From Anthoceros angustus (Eukaryota > Plantae > Anthocerotophyta), in NCBI GenBank assembly GCA_010909165.1, contig MU008184.1, positions 434,001 to 498,000 of the forward strand: a stretch of DNA of 64,000 nucleotides, in the 5' to 3' direction. Within the stretch, counting starts at the first letter, position 1; each line of letters starts with the position of its first letter. Below the pieces are notes generated by a model. That model saw only the letters and a list, made by a program, of their open reading frames with translations. It had not been told where the DNA came from and did no database searches. The position numbers were made by a program, and so were the translations under genes. This document shows positions 14,160 to 27,593 of this stretch, one piece after another.

Positions 14160-14489
14160 CTGGTAAGGACCCGGAGTCTGTAGCAAGGAGGGTTGAAGGT
14201 GTGGGGCAGGGAGAAGAAAGCGTGGGGAAGGGAGCAGATACAGGCGAGGGACTGGGGAGACATGGGGATTCTGGCCATACAACACGGTCTTCAACTGAGC
14301 GCGTCTGGCAGTGGAGAGGGGCCATGAATGAATCGAGAGGGAGCCCTCGAATTCCCGCTTGAGGAGCTAACCCGAAAAAATTATATTCTAGGTACTATTA
14401 CCTAGATAAACAGGGATAATACACGTATTTACACTTGTTAATAAAAAACTGAACACTGACAAAACACTCTGACAACACTCCCCCTTAAG
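14160..14489 (-). mobile_element. LTR-retrotransposon PPT/3' LTR junction remnant
   Basis: Minus strand reads CTTAAGGGGGAG|TGTTG at 14489-14473, a typical PPT-LTR start. The other LTR boundary is uncertain, and the internal sequence to the right is decayed. Confidence 0.55.
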
Positions 14490-15103
14490 CTCGAGAAGAT
14501 TGACCGACAGCAGCCGAAGCCCTTCTGATGTCTTCCATAGCCACGCTGGGGTTAACACTGCCCAAATGCGTGCCTCCATACTTGGCAAATTGCTTTACGA
14601 CGTCCCTGAACTGCAACGGCAATCCAGGACAAGATACATCAGCATTACACCATCCAAAATGCCTGACACCATCCAAACAGGGAAACACGTGCCCACCCTG
14701 AGACTTTCACGAGGGCAAACGAGAAGTGAGAACAACGAACCTATCATCTGCAACCGCTTCCGCTCCAAATGTCCTTTGTCCACAGAGACTGTGTCACACA
14801 AAACCATGCTCCAGACATGAGATGACAGGCCCCCCGAAACCATGAATTCGGGCTTCGAGACCTCTGATGCATAGCATGCACGAAATTCCCACACCTGTTG
14901 GGCTGAACCCTGACCCCTCCCTGTACACACTTACAGGGCATTGACAAAAGTGATTTTGTCCGGAACCAAGCCATGCTGTTACGCCTGCTCAAACACAGGG
15001 AGTCCTTATTGACCGTGCCCATGATGAGAATATGCAGGTACGATAAGTCGCTCACGACATATGAGTATACAATGATTCCTTGCGGATAGCTTGGCGTTGT
15101 AGG

Positions 15104-15290
15104 CTAGCTGCAATGCCCGCTTGTCACACAATCTGAATCTTGTCCTGTTATCATGCAAGTCCATGTGACCCCGTTTCTGTGAGCAGGCCTGTAAAAGACA
15201 GTCTGCGCGTCTCCTAAACGCCCACAATTTGCGCACATGTTGACCAAACTGCTGGCTAGAAAGTCGTGGCCCCTGAAATTGACGCACATG
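15104..15290 (-). pseudogene. PLS-class PPR fragment
   Basis: FLASSLVNMCANCGRLGDAQTVF...VTWTCMITG. Confidence 0.75.
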
Positions 15291-15485
15291 CACTCTCATT
15301 CCTGCTGTTCAGCCATTCTGCATTGCAAGTTCATCTCCATCCTGTGATCTTTCAGCCCTGTCTGATGCCTTCGGCAGTACGGGTGGATACTCACAAGTGA
15401 GAAGTTCCAATACGATGTCAGGTTACAATCTCCACAGCCAACTTCTCCTGCAAGGGCTGATGTCCTCCTCCAGCATTTCTATCTT

Positions 15486-16605
15486 CTATGATGATGAGTA
15501 CAAGTTCCGAAGCATCGAATTCCCCATTGAAAAGATAGGCGTCCTTACCGCCTTCGCTTGTTCCACACTTTGAGAAGCAATCTCCTTCAAGGACGTCCAT
15601 CCTTTCCGTTTCCTCTTCTTGCCGCCTCCTGAAGGAGTGGGAGTACGGGGACTGGGTGCAGAAGTACCAAAGCGTGAAGCCACGGCTGGAGGCCGGGCAG
15701 AGGTCAGCTCTGCTGCAGGTGCAGCATCATTGTCATCCCTAATGCTTGCCGCACTCGGAGTCTGAGCAGGCGAGACCACCTCATTTCCTTCCCTCTCAAC
15801 TTCCAGACTCCAACCCAGAGCTGGAGCCAGCGCTGGAACTGGAGACGGAGCCGGAGCCTGAGCTTGAGCCCCGGCAAGCATACCTGTCCCTTCGTGACTC
15901 GACCGCTCCTTTCTCTCCTCAGTTTGCGGTGTCGCAGCCATGGCAGGAGTGAGCTCCGCCGCGGCTTTGCCTGCCAGGGCTTTCCGCATCAACTCGGCTC
16001 GCTTCTTAGGGCCAGGTGCAGGCCTCCTGTTGCGGTGCTTACAGTAGTGGCAAATATAGAGCAGGTAGGCGCAAGGTTTGCCCTTGCCACCAGTGGCCTT
16101 GCGCTTTTTCTTCCGCTTCTCCTCCTCCTCCTCCTCCTCCACGGAACAATTCACGCCAAGATGGAGGAAAGATTCACACCTAAGACAAGAACCCAAATCT
16201 GTCAGATGTTCCCAAAACGCAATCCATCCACAAAGCTGAAAACGGCAGGGCATTGATTCATGCAGCTCACCTCTGGCAGGTGGAACCGAGCGTGGCACCG
16301 GAAGGCGGCAAACCTTCCGTCTCGCAGGTGGCCGCCAGGCGCGCCCCTAGGAACGCACCAAGAGGCGGAACGGTGGCGCTGGCCCATGCCGCCACCTGCT
16401 CCAAGTGCCGGATGCGGACCTTCGCCGCCCACTTCGCAGGCGGCAACGAGCTCTTGATTCCCCGATCCAGCAGACTCTGCTCCCGCAAAGTCACCTTCCC
16501 GGGCTTCTTCAACTTTGCCGCGGTATCAGGAGCAGGCGACGGCTTCGTCGCGGCCTTCTCCTTCTCCTGCGCGGCAGCCCTTCTGCGGGCTCGCCTTCCT
16601 GCCAT
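15486..16605 (-). CDS. RNase P Rpr2/Rpp21-domain protein (plant type), 2 exons (16605-16271, 16179-15486)
   Basis: HLEQVAAWAS..PPLGAFLGARLAA, CQR|CES..LGVNC, YICHYCKHRN, and C-terminal KRKRKGWTSLKEIA. The GT-AG intron splices in frame. Confidence 0.85.
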
Positions 16606-16713
16606 CGGCTCCCGCCTTTCTACAAATCAGACGATTCCGGGTAGCGAAAGAACACGCCCTAAGATGTTCCTTCTCAATACCTGTAGCCTATATATGTCCA
16701 ATAATATAGCCAT

Positions 16714-16850
16714 GGCCACGCAAAGTTGCGCATATACATATATAGGCCACGCAAAGTTGCCCATATACATATATATAGGCCACGCAAAGTTGCCCATGTA
16801 TATATATAGACCACACAAAGTTACCCATGTACATATATATATATATATAG
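16714..16850. repeat. Tandem repeat, 4 copies of about 31-33 bp (GGCCACGCAAAGTTGCCC + (AT)n)
   Basis: Copies start at 16714, 16745, 16778 and 16809. Confidence 0.9.
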
Positions 16851-17919
16851 ACTACATAAAGTTATTTTTAGTGAGAACAGAATGAGATACTGGAATGGTA
16901 TGCTATAAAGAGTCCAATGGTATGCTATAAAGAGTCCAACGGCATATGCCACAAATCAAGAAGCTCAGAGAGACATAGGCCAGTTAGCATAGGTAGGGCA
17001 ATAGAAGAGAAGATTCAGATTCAGGGTCAAGGGAGCAGAGCTTGCAAATACGGATAGCTTGAGGAGAAGCTTAGCCAGCGGGGTCGATCTCGATGCAGAG
17101 GTGATGGAAGCTAGCACGAAATTGATCGATGAGAATGCATGGTAGATATCACTCCTCTATGCTCATGGGAGGGTGAAGTTGATATATACATGCAGCGAAG
17201 CCCCTCATAAATATCCACAAAAGGAAAAGATATTCTTCAGCACATCAATGGGTCCTCCCACTGCAACCAATCGCGCACACATCCACATAAGTAGATGTGA
17301 GTATGAACCCGAATCAGACCAGCGAGTATCTTAGGAAAAGGGAGGAAATATCCAGCAAGAGCCCAAAGAGGTACTGGTCGGTAACGGCGAGGGATCGGCC
17401 TCCGGAGCCCCATGCAGTCTTGCAGCGTACATAATAAGCAGCAAGATAAGGTGGCGTGCCGTTCGGGAAGCGTGAAAGAGCGTGGTCACAGGCGGGCCGT
17501 GCGGGTGTACGGGTGTACGGGTGTCCGTTTTTCCGCAACCTTGGCTTGCTTGGCCGAAGGGCAGAAGAAGCTGGCTTCCCGGCTCCACGGGTCGGTCGGG
17601 TTCCACCAGAATGGGCCTGCCACGCCGCCCCACCCACGGGCGCGATTTGGGCCTTCCATCCCGTCCCTGGCACCGGGCATGCACCGGGCCTTCCCATCCC
17701 GAGCGAGAGCGGGCGGCGGCGCCGTCGCTGGCCTGCCTCCTGCTCCGAATTCGAATTCCGGCACGAGTGCGGCAGGAGGACGAGTGACGGCCCGATCCAC
17801 CGAGCCGCTGCCAGGCTGCGGGGCGACCAATGCAAGCCCCGGTCCGATGGTGCTGCAGGAGCCGGCGGTGGACGCTGCGGCCTTCGTCCGGGCGGCGGGG
17901 AGGGCAACCAGCAGCGCCT

Positions 17920-19823
17920 GAATGGCTTCCTGTCGCGCATGGAGCGCAGCGGCGAATTCCGGGCCACGGAGACTTCCGGTGCTGGCCCTGCACTCGGCGG
18001 CGGAGGGGCACCTGGAGACGGTGAGGAGCCTGCTCTTCCACTTCCCGCACATCCTGCTGCACGACCGGGACGAGCTGGGGCGCACGCTGCTGCACGTGGC
18101 GGCGCGCGGGGGCAGGAGCAGCTGGTGCGGGTGCTGAAGCGGAGCACGAGCAGCGGGTGCAGGTGAACGCGCGGGCCAAGGGAGATGACGGCGCTGCATC
18201 TGGCGGCGCACGGCGGGCATGCGGCGGTGGTGGAGCTGCTGCTGTCGTGGTGGAGGTGGATCTGGACGCGGCGTCGGGGAGAAGCTGACGGCGCTGCACA
18301 TGGCGGCGGACGGGGGCACGAGCAGGTGGTGCGGATGCTGCTGGCGGCGTGCCGGCTGCGGGACGGGGGCGGGTCGGGGTTCGTGAACGCGCGCGACTGT
18401 TTGTGGCGCACGCCGCTGCACTACGCGTGCCGGGGGCACCGGGCGGCGCGGGAGCTGCTGGCGGCGCCTGAGGTGAACGTGAACGCGGTGGACTGCGTGT
18501 GCGAGCTCACGCCGCTGCACCTCGCGGCGTGGATGGGAGACCACTTCGAGGTGGTGCGCCTGCTGCTCATGCAGGACGCGGTGCAGGCCAACGCCAGGAT
18601 CGGGTCGGCGGTGAGCTGCGTCAACGGCCAGCTGGTGGCGGAGGTGCTGGTGGCGCAGGTGCAGGCCAGGGGGGAGGTGCCGTGGGAGGAGCTCCCGAGG
18701 CCCGACATGCGGGATCGCGTGCGGGGCCACGATTGCGTCGCCTGGACGCAGGGAGGGGCAGGTGAGGGTGGCGAGGGAGGGCGGCACGGCGCTGCACATC
18801 GCGGCGCAGGAGAGTCACGTGGGGCGCTGCTGGAGATTCTCAAGCACGGGAAGGCGGATGTCAATCTCAATGCGGGACGGGGATGACGGCGCTGCATTAC
18901 GCTGCGGCCATGGGGAACGTCGGGGTGGTGAAGGCGCTGGTGAAGGATGCGAGGTGAATCTGAACGCGGGGCGGGGCGGGGGCCGGGCCCGGGGCAGGTT
19001 CCCCGGGCAGACGCCGCTGCACATGGCGGTGCAGGCGGAGCGGGTGGAGGTGGTGAAGGAGCTCTGCGGCCAGGGGAGGTTGCGGGCGAATGCCAAGGAT
19101 GCCAGGGACCGGACCGCGCTGCACATGGTGTGGGAGCGGGACGGGGACGGGGCGGAGGATGTGAAGGAGATCTTGATGCGGCGGGAGGACGTGATGTTGG
19201 AGGTGAGGAGTCTGCAGCACGACAGGAGCGTGTATCGGAACGCGGCGAACGCCTTGCTCATCGGGGGAGCTCTTGTCGCGGGATGCACGTTCGGGAGCTG
19301 GCTGCAACCGCCGCTCGGAGCGGTGCCTTATTACCAGTACCCCAGGCGGGATCTCGACCCGCTGGCTCCGCCGGATGTGTTCCAGAGCTTCGCGGCGGTG
19401 GAGTATTACCCTGCTGTGCGGATTTTCTGGATCTTCAACAGCTTGAGCTTCTACTTCGCCGTCTTCACGCTGCTGTCGGGGCTTCAGATTATGTTGCCTA
19501 AGGCGGTGGCGTTTGTCGGGGACGAGGTGGAGATGCTGCGGAGATTGATTACCCGGACGTCTGCGAGTCTGCTTGTGGCTGTGGCGTTGGTGGTGGCCGG
19601 GTTCGCGGCCGCGGGGTTTGCTGACTTGCCCCCGCCGCTGAGGTTCCAGGCGGATATGATAGTTACCACCGCTTTGGGGTTGGGACTTTGTGTTCCTTTC
19701 GTTATGCTGCCTCTGTGCGTTACCATTTTCCGTTTCTTCAAGGATGAATGGAGGAGGCCCCGCAGAAGCGAGGAGCAGATTAATAATGCACGGCAATTGG
19801 GGTGGGCATGTCGGTCGTGGTAA
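17920..19823 (+). pseudogene. Ankyrin-repeat protein with C-terminal PGG-type transmembrane domain (ACD6/ITN1-like), several frameshifts
   Basis: About 8-9 TxLHxAA ankyrin repeats spread over three frames, then NALLIGGALVAGCTFGSWLQPPLG, FWIFNSLSFYFAV and four TM helices. Either a pseudogene or sequencing errors. Confidence 0.85.
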
Positions 19824-20643
19824 GACACAGGGGTTGAGAGGCGGGGGGGAAAGGAAGCCGGCGCCTTTGTACATCACTTCGTAATCAAAATGTTCGGTTG
19901 AAAGGAAAGGAAGTGGTTAGCAGCAGCCAGCAGCAGCACGCGCAGGTGTGCTGCCTTGTTGGTCCAGACCATCTCAATCTTCTTTAGTTGAATTGACAGA
20001 CATCTTACACCCTGACATTTTTCTAGGGAAAAGCCTAAGGGATCTAAAATAGAGGTACATAAAGAGCTCCTTCCTCCATGGGCTCCACCTTGGAAAAAGC
20101 GAGTACGGGCCAACTTGCCGCTCAATAACTTAAAAGGTTGTACATATGTTTCTTGCCGAAAGGCTGCTGCTGCACAAGGCCCACAACCTGCAGCAAAAAA
20201 GATTTTGAGAGGCTGAGCTGTAACTGACAAATGCATGGGATGAAGTCATGTGATCAGCTGTACACCAGTAACCATGTGAACAGAACCTCCAACCTTTCAC
20301 GCCGCCTGAGAACCTGGTGCTTTGTGACATTCATGATCATAAGATAACCCTGACATACCAGGGCCACAGCCCACCTTCTCTCAGCTTCATCCACAATGAG
20401 TGAAATCTTGGAAATCTCAGCCTGGTTAACCACAGTCATGTGACTCTTTTTTCAATTCATGCTCTGCATTCGGGAGAATACTTTCTTGAGCATGGCAATG
20501 AGTTCCCTTGCTCAGGTACTTGACCCAAGATTCAAACCTGCATTTATCCCATACAGGAAGCAAGCTTGTCCACTTGCTGCAAGGGCGACCTTCCTTGCCA
20601 AAGACAAGCAGCACAACAAACAGGGTCAGCAAACTGTTGAATA

Positions 20644-23600
20644 CTAGCTCGAACTGCCACTGCTTTTCATCCGAGAGTACAAACGGCTGAGAGTTGATGA
20701 GCCGCTACTGCCACCACTGCGCTGATCGTGACCATTGTCGACAGCATCCAGGCTTTTGGACAAGTTAAGTCCATTAGGGCCTGACATTCTCAATTTGGAA
20801 GGCAATACCGTCGCTGGTGACCTGGCTGGAGAACTCATAGACGCCGAATCCGATGGTGACGGCGAGCTGGGTATCGATGATGGCGCCCTCTCTGGAGTGA
20901 AAAGATGACCGAAACTGCGCCCTCTGCCGTGATGCCCGTTTTCTCTCGCCACTGGAGAATCCGGAACTTTACCCCGTGGTGTCCCATACTGGGACTGAGG
21001 ACCGGTATGGTGTCCCTCGCGTACACTTCCATTCTGCCCTGCTTTGCTGTCAGCCTCTGAACCATAACTTCCGGTGGAGACAGAGCTGCCCATCGGACTG
21101 TGGCAGTTGTTCCACGGAATTTCTGTCCCATTCACCTTCTCCCGTGTGCTGGAAGCCCCACCAACACGAGCGGGGGAATCTCTGTAAAGACAGTCCAGAT
21201 TGCCACTTGACGACTGCACGTCCTCGGCTTGTGACCGAAGCAGCTCCATAGTGTTGGTCACCTTCTCCAACGATGAGGCTGAGTCAGAAGATGATTCGAA
21301 GGAAGCTGGGTCCACAGGATTATGGGGCGATGACAAGGTCTTTAACTGCTTTCCAAGCATCAAGATAGTTCGCTGACATTCGGCCAGCTGCTGGGCAGCA
21401 GCAGCGATTTCTCGGTCCTGCACAGGGTCGAGTGTGATTAGTGGACAGCTTGACGACAAGTGACTATAAAGGACTCTATCCGAAAGCACTCCCGGTGACT
21501 AGTACCTTTCTTGCTTTGGCCTCCTCTTCCTCTGCCCTTCTTTGATTTGCACGTTCAATATCTCGTGGCCGCCGAGAAGAACTGTCACTCAGGGACCCGT
21601 TTCTGCAAGCATTCGCGAATCAGGTGAAATCAGACCAGAGACAACCTTCAAACACACAAAGTTCTAGAACGAGGAGTTAATATGCCAATTTACCCATGAA
21701 GGTGCTCTTGAATCTCCTGGAACTTGGCCATCACTTCTTGGTGCCGCATCCTCTCCCCCTGAAGCTCCACTTCCAATGCCGCTACTTTGTCGTGAAGTCT
21801 GGCCATCTCGACGTCAGCTGCCTTCACTCGGGTTTCTAGGATATCAGCTTTAGAGGCTGACAGTGTCATCAGCTCATCTTCAAGGAGCTCATCTTCTGTT
21901 ACTTGTTTGTCCTCTCTTTGAGCGAGAAGGCGCTCAGCCTCCTGGACCTGAGCCTTTAACCTTTCTGCATTTTCGGTTGTCTCGTCAAGGCATCTCTCCA
22001 TATCTTCCCTTTCCAGTTTCAGCTGGGAGACTTCGGCTTCCAAACTGGGAATCCTGCCCAGCTCTGCACGCATGTGAGATTCCAGGGCGGCCTTCTCCAA
22101 CCGCATGTTGCGAAGGTCCTCCTCCAACTTGGAGACAAGCTGTATTAACAGAAAAAATCGGATACAAAAACAGAAAATTAAATGTTACCATCCAAAGAAA
22201 ATCACGGTCTGGTGCCCTTTGGGTACAGACACATTCAGCTTGTGAAGAACGCCATAGGCTGTGATGGTGGTAACTCACCTTGTTGTCAGCTTCAGGAGAC
22301 TCATTGCCCCACTTCTTCTCCAGCATTGACCTTAGGCCTTCAAAGGTTGAAACTCCCTGATCTACTATCGCTGCCAGGGTTGCTGCTAGGCGTGAAAGGA
22401 GCGCCGTAAGATCTGACTTGCCCTCCAGTAGATTGTTTGCCTCGGCGAAGAAAGATACTATGCACGAGTTCAACTGGGCCTTGGCCCAGTTTTTGCTAGG
22501 CCGGAGAACCTCATAAGGAGATGGAGGATCAGCAGAACTAGTAGGCTCGGGAAGAATCTCGTGTTCCGCCCCTGTTGCCTCTGAGAGTGATTCAACAAGG
22601 TTTGCAATCTTCCGGACAGCAAGTGCCAGCTCAGTTCCAATCTTGCCTCCATCCTCAAATACTGAATTATGGGCCCAGTACCCGAGTTCTCTCCTGGTTC
22701 CCGCTGGACCCTCTTTGAGAACGATGCCAAAACCCTTCACATTACAGTCTCCAGCAGCTGCCTGGCGGACCTCATTCAGCACCTGAGCCATGTTCGCGCC
22801 ATCCGCCTGAGCCTCAAAAATGATATCTAGTCTCTCTTGAAGACAAATGATCTGTTTCTCATTAGCCGCATTCCGGGACTGCAAGGAGGCAAGCTGCTCC
22901 TCGGCTACAGTCAACTTTCCGCTCACCTCCCTACACAACTGGTTAGCTGCCTGGAGCTCAAGGCCACGCTTGGAAAGAGCTTCCTCTAGAGCAGCCTTTT
23001 CGCCACCATTGAAGGCTACACTGGACTCGCTGGGTGCACAACCGTTCTTGTCACTGACAGCTTCCGACTCGGCCACCTCCTCCGTATCCTTACCGCCAGC
23101 CATAGCCAGCCTTTCCATCTCAGCGAAGTCATCCATGAGGTCAAAGTTGATGGAACCAACAGACCCGAGCCCCTTCTCCTTTCTGGCACCACCCTTCTTG
23201 AACTGGGCAAGCTCGGCGACGAGAGCAGAAGCCCATACGTCAGCAGTGTTGAGCTCCTCCTCGGTGGCACTCTCTCCAGAGTTGGAGGCACGACTACTCG
23301 CCCTATCAATCACAGTCGACGTTCTTGAGGGCGGCATCAACTTCGAGTGATCCAGTATGCTGCTAGGAGAAGACGGGGGCAAGCCATTGGGGGTACGAAG
23401 ACTGTCCATCTGGTCTTCAGCACTTGACAGTTTACTTGCGGTCCTGGCGCACATGAGCCTTGCGGCTTGGAGCTCCCCATTCCTCTTCGACAACGCTTCC
23501 TTCAACATGGTATTTTCTTCCTCCAGCGAAGAAAGCCTGTCCGCAAGAACTTCCACCTCTTTTGTCCCATTTTCCATTCCCACATCGTGATCGGGCGCAA

Positions 23601-24845
23601 CAGGCGACTGAGGGCTCCTGCCGCCCAACGACTTCCTCCTCCTGGGCTGCTCTCCCGTCTCTCGACCCAGAGAATCAACTTCCAGCTTCATCTGCGCTAA
23701 GGCTGCCGGGCCGGGAAGTCTCTTGCGCACCAGAAGTCGAAGCCTCTGGCACTCAGCCTCCAGCTTGGCGATCTTCTTCACGCTTTCCAGCTGGCTCTTG
23801 TTGGCAGCATCAGCCGATTTCTTGCTGATGTCTCGCTCCTCATTTCGAATGTCAATCTCCTTGGCCACAACATGCAGCTCGTACTTGAGACTCGCGTTCT
23901 CTTTCTCCGCAGACTCGAGTCGCACATGGAGAACTCTATTCTCCGCTTCCGCCCGGCTCTTGGCCTCGCCGAGGTCGGAGATGGTCTTGGCCCTCTCCTG
24001 GAGAGCGGCAGACATGGCCGTAACCTGCGCAGACCCTTCTATGAGCTGACGTCCCACCTCGGAGAGCTTCAGTTCCAGCTCTGACCGCTGCTTTTCAAAT
24101 TCTCGAGTCTTCTTCACAATGGAGTCATGTACTTTAGTCTCTTGCTCCTCCCGCACATGCCGGAGTTGTCGCATGCACTCTTTCAACGCTCCGTCCAGGT
24201 GTGAAACCCGGTCTTCGGTGGCAAGCTTCTGCTGCTGAACCGACTCCAACTGCTGCTTCAAAGCCGCAGCTTCGGCTTCTGCCTTCTCCCAGCCTGCCAA
24301 ACCAAAACTGGACCCTCTTAGCTACCACTTCTCAAACAAAGGAAGGACACATCTACCGCGACGCGAAATGCCAACGCCGGCACCGTAGGCCCAGTGCGTC
24401 CATACCTGTCACGGCCTCTTCCGCAACCTTGGCATGCTGCTTCACAAGGTTATCCTTCGCCGTAATGTCAGCAAGAGCCGCTGCCAGCCTCTCATTCAAG
24501 CTCCTGTTCCTCTCCTCCGACTGCTGCCATTGCGCGACTGCATCCTCGGAAACCCGTGGCGGATCGGCGCCAAACTTGGCTCCATCCTGTAGAGAGAGGA
24601 CATGTTAGGGGGCGCTCCACCAACTCACCTAAACGCAAACACAAGCAAAGCCAAGCCAAGCCAAGCAAAGCAAAGACGGACAAGAAGACCGGAAGGTCGC
24701 CCCAAACCTGCTCGTCATAAACTCGTAGGGAATGTGCAGGAGACGGCGCCATAGAAGGCGCCAGAGACGACGCCTCCGAATCAATGGAGTGAGAGTGTTT
24801 GTCGCTCGATCTCTTCCTCCAGGGCCAGTTCCTCCGATTCTCCAT
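20644..24845 (-). CDS. Filament-like plant protein (FPP, DUF869), multi-exon coiled-coil
   Basis: MENRRNWPWRKRSSDK N-terminus, VKQHAKVAEEAV|TGWEKAEAEA, LDGALKECMRQLRHVREEQ, KKIAKLEAECQRLRLLVRKRLPGPAALAQMK, LMDDFAEMERLA, EIAAAAQQLAECQRTILMLGKQLK. Exon junctions checked at 24708, 24586, 24406 and 24293. Confidence 0.93.
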
Positions 24846-27468
24846 CTTTCCCTCCCCTTCCTAATCCCCCGCAGCGTGTTGCCTACAAATTGTCACCTAA
24901 TCAGGCCGCGACCTCCGCGCAACAGCGAATTAAGGGAAGGCAAGGAGACTCTCAAACACAACAATCACAAACACTTGCCACGGGCAGCACACAGCCAATC
25001 CACACAAAGGTGTGCACCTTCAACTTCACGCAAAAGGTTTGACCATCGCCTCAAGCTCACTCAATCTCACAAGCAATCGCCGCAAGGAAACACGCTCGGT
25101 TCACGGCAATGTAGTACAATTAGACACAAATCCCGACGAAGCAGGCACCTCATCCTCACCACAACACACGGCCTCCACACACCTTTCTCACCTTCACACA
25201 CTCATTGAGCAGCTCAGACACTCCCAAGCCAGCTCTATGCCTCCAAATGACTTCCTACTGCCACCGCAGGGGGAGTGTAACCCCAGCCCGGATCCCTCCT
25301 CACGGCAAGCAGCAGCCGGCAATGCAAAGGCACAATTTCGTTCCTAACCCTGCCTCCCCGCCGGGCCTACGGGATTCAAATTCCCAGCCATCCGCGCAGA
25401 GCAGAGACGGCGAGAGCGGAGCAATCCCGCAGAAGTGTGGCTCCCCCTCCCTCCTCCTCCCCGGACGCTGTCCTAACAGGGCGCAGCCGCAAGCCCGGCC
25501 AGAGCAGTGCACGCACACCGCGGCTCCACGCCGCATGAAGCAATAGGCGAGGGAATCAGAATCCGGCAGTGGCAGGCACCGGGAGCGCATCCCAAGGCAG
25601 GCATTGCCGCCAAGCTCGGGGCAGGCGCAGCTGGAGCTCGCACCGGCAGGAGAGCAGCAGCTGGAGAGTGGAAAAGGCGCAAATTCGGGCCCGCGGCAGC
25701 GCGCACATGGATTTGAACAGCCTCGCCTGCTCGTCTCCTGCGCCTGGAATTGAAGCAAGCAAGCGGGCGGGCGGCAGCGCAGTGCTGTCTGCGGCGCGGG
25801 CTGGACTTGAACTGCACTGCACTGCAGCCGGGGCGTGGAGCGTGGAGCGTGGAGTCCTGGGCCCTGGGCCCTGGCACTGGGCAGGCTGCTGGAAAGCCGA
25901 CCCGACGCTGCTGCTTCAAAGCCTGCCTACCTGCAGAGGCTCCAGCTCCAGCTGCTGCTGCTGCGAGAGAGGAGCGAGCGGGGTTGGATCTCGAGGCACT
26001 CCGGTCTCCACTCTCTCTTGTGTGCCCTGCCCATTCCAGAGAGAGAGGGGCCAGCCACAAAAACGGCGGGAAGTCTGACAAGTGTGAACAGGGTTGGGCC
26101 CGGGCGCCACTGTGACGCACAAGTTTGAACCTGTTTGTACGCCCCCGCCGCGGTAAAGCCTCCCCGTCCGGCGGGGACAGGGTAAATAAGTGCCCGCAGG
26201 CCGCAGCCCGGACCGGATCATCATTCTATCATTCATATTGCTTAATTCATCCCGACCCGGACCTGATGTCCTGGCTCTGCGATTTGCAGTGCTTTCTCGA
26301 GAGGTTTCTGGCAAGTCGGGTTTTGTGGGCTCCGAAGCGAAGATCGCGGTTATGGAAGCGATTTGGATTCGGATAATGGCGACCCGGTCTGAGAGAGGAG
26401 TCTGTGGACTGGACAGCCACAGCCACAGCGGCAGAGGCAGAGGCAGAGGCAGAGGCAACGGCAGCACTGCAGCAGCACCTTGCTCCAAATTGCATTGCAC
26501 GCCAGAGCAGGCGGGGACAGAGGGAGGGAGTTGGAATCCGGGGTCAGCTGTCAGTCTATGATTGCGCACAGCCATAGGGCAGGGGCCTGCTTCAGTTCCA
26601 CAACCAGCCTGGGTTGTTGTTGGAACTCCGGCACCGGGTGCCAGGGTAAGCGAAAGGAAAGCTGTGTACGCAGCGTAAGGAAATGTTTGGAATCAGCCAT
26701 TAATAGGAGATGGCGCGAAATGGCAAGCCCATGACGCCTCACGAAAGAAAAGAAGGTGAAGCTGGCTGGTTTTGAGGGATTTGCATCGGGGGCGGTGCAG
26801 GGGCAGGAAGGACGAGTCACGAATCACGATGGGAGGAGGGGAGGAGGGGAGGAGGGGAGTGAAATTGTTATGTAAAGCATGTGTGTAAGTATGGGGTGGG
26901 ATGGAATTTGTGGGTGGGCGGGATAAAAAGCATGGGGTGGAGTATGATGGAGGAGGTGGGAGGGAATTGAAGGCAAAGTCTGCGCTCGCTCGTGCTTAAG
27001 GGACAGCAGGCTTGATTACCCCCGTGTACTGGGAGCCGGAGGTGGAGCAGTGGACTACTGGAGGTGAGCGGGTTGTGCTCCGGGCCTACCCTGCTTTGGC
27101 TCCTACCTCAGGATAGGCTTCCAGCAGTTACTGCACCCGCTTCGAAAAGCATCGGCAAGGGAGCGGGGAGCAGGGAGCGTGAGCGTGAGCGTTGCCACCT
27201 AAGTCTAATTGCGACAGCGGCAAAGCCAAGCATTGTGCGTCCCAAGGGGTGCGAAGTGCGAACCTGCCGGAGCCTGCAGCTTGCAGCTGCTGCCGCATGC
27301 CCATCCGCGTGGGGTGGGTGGCATCATGGAGCCATGCCTGGACGGCATCCTCCGCCTCTGCCCCATCCCATCATGCGCCCCTGAAACGGGCCGGCCCCGA
27401 CTTCAATGCCTTCTATAAATGCTGCGCATGCAACAATCAACCTTGCCATTGCTGCCCATGACGGACCA

Positions 27469-27593
27469 CATCGCATCCGGGCGGACGGAGGGATTTCGTG
27501 AGATTTTGTTGGGTTTCTGCGGGCTTCTGTTGGGTGTTTGTGGGTTTCTGTTGGGTTTTTGCGGGTTGCTGTTGGGTGCTTGTGGTGAACTGC
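27469..27593 (+). repeat. Left arm of an imperfect inverted repeat built of GTGGGTTTCTG-like subunits
   Basis: Matches the reverse complement of 28848-28980 from CATCGCATC to AACTGC. Confidence 0.65.

Noticed and set aside
16714-16850. Regularly spaced ~18-bp conserved repeat resembling a CRISPR array
   Set aside because: The spacers are only variable (AT)n runs, not unique sequences. There are no cas genes and the context is eukaryotic.
17314-19877. Long antisense and alternative-frame ORFs (365, 322, 437, 326 aa)
   Set aside because: Shadows of the GC-rich ankyrin gene, with low complexity and no motifs.
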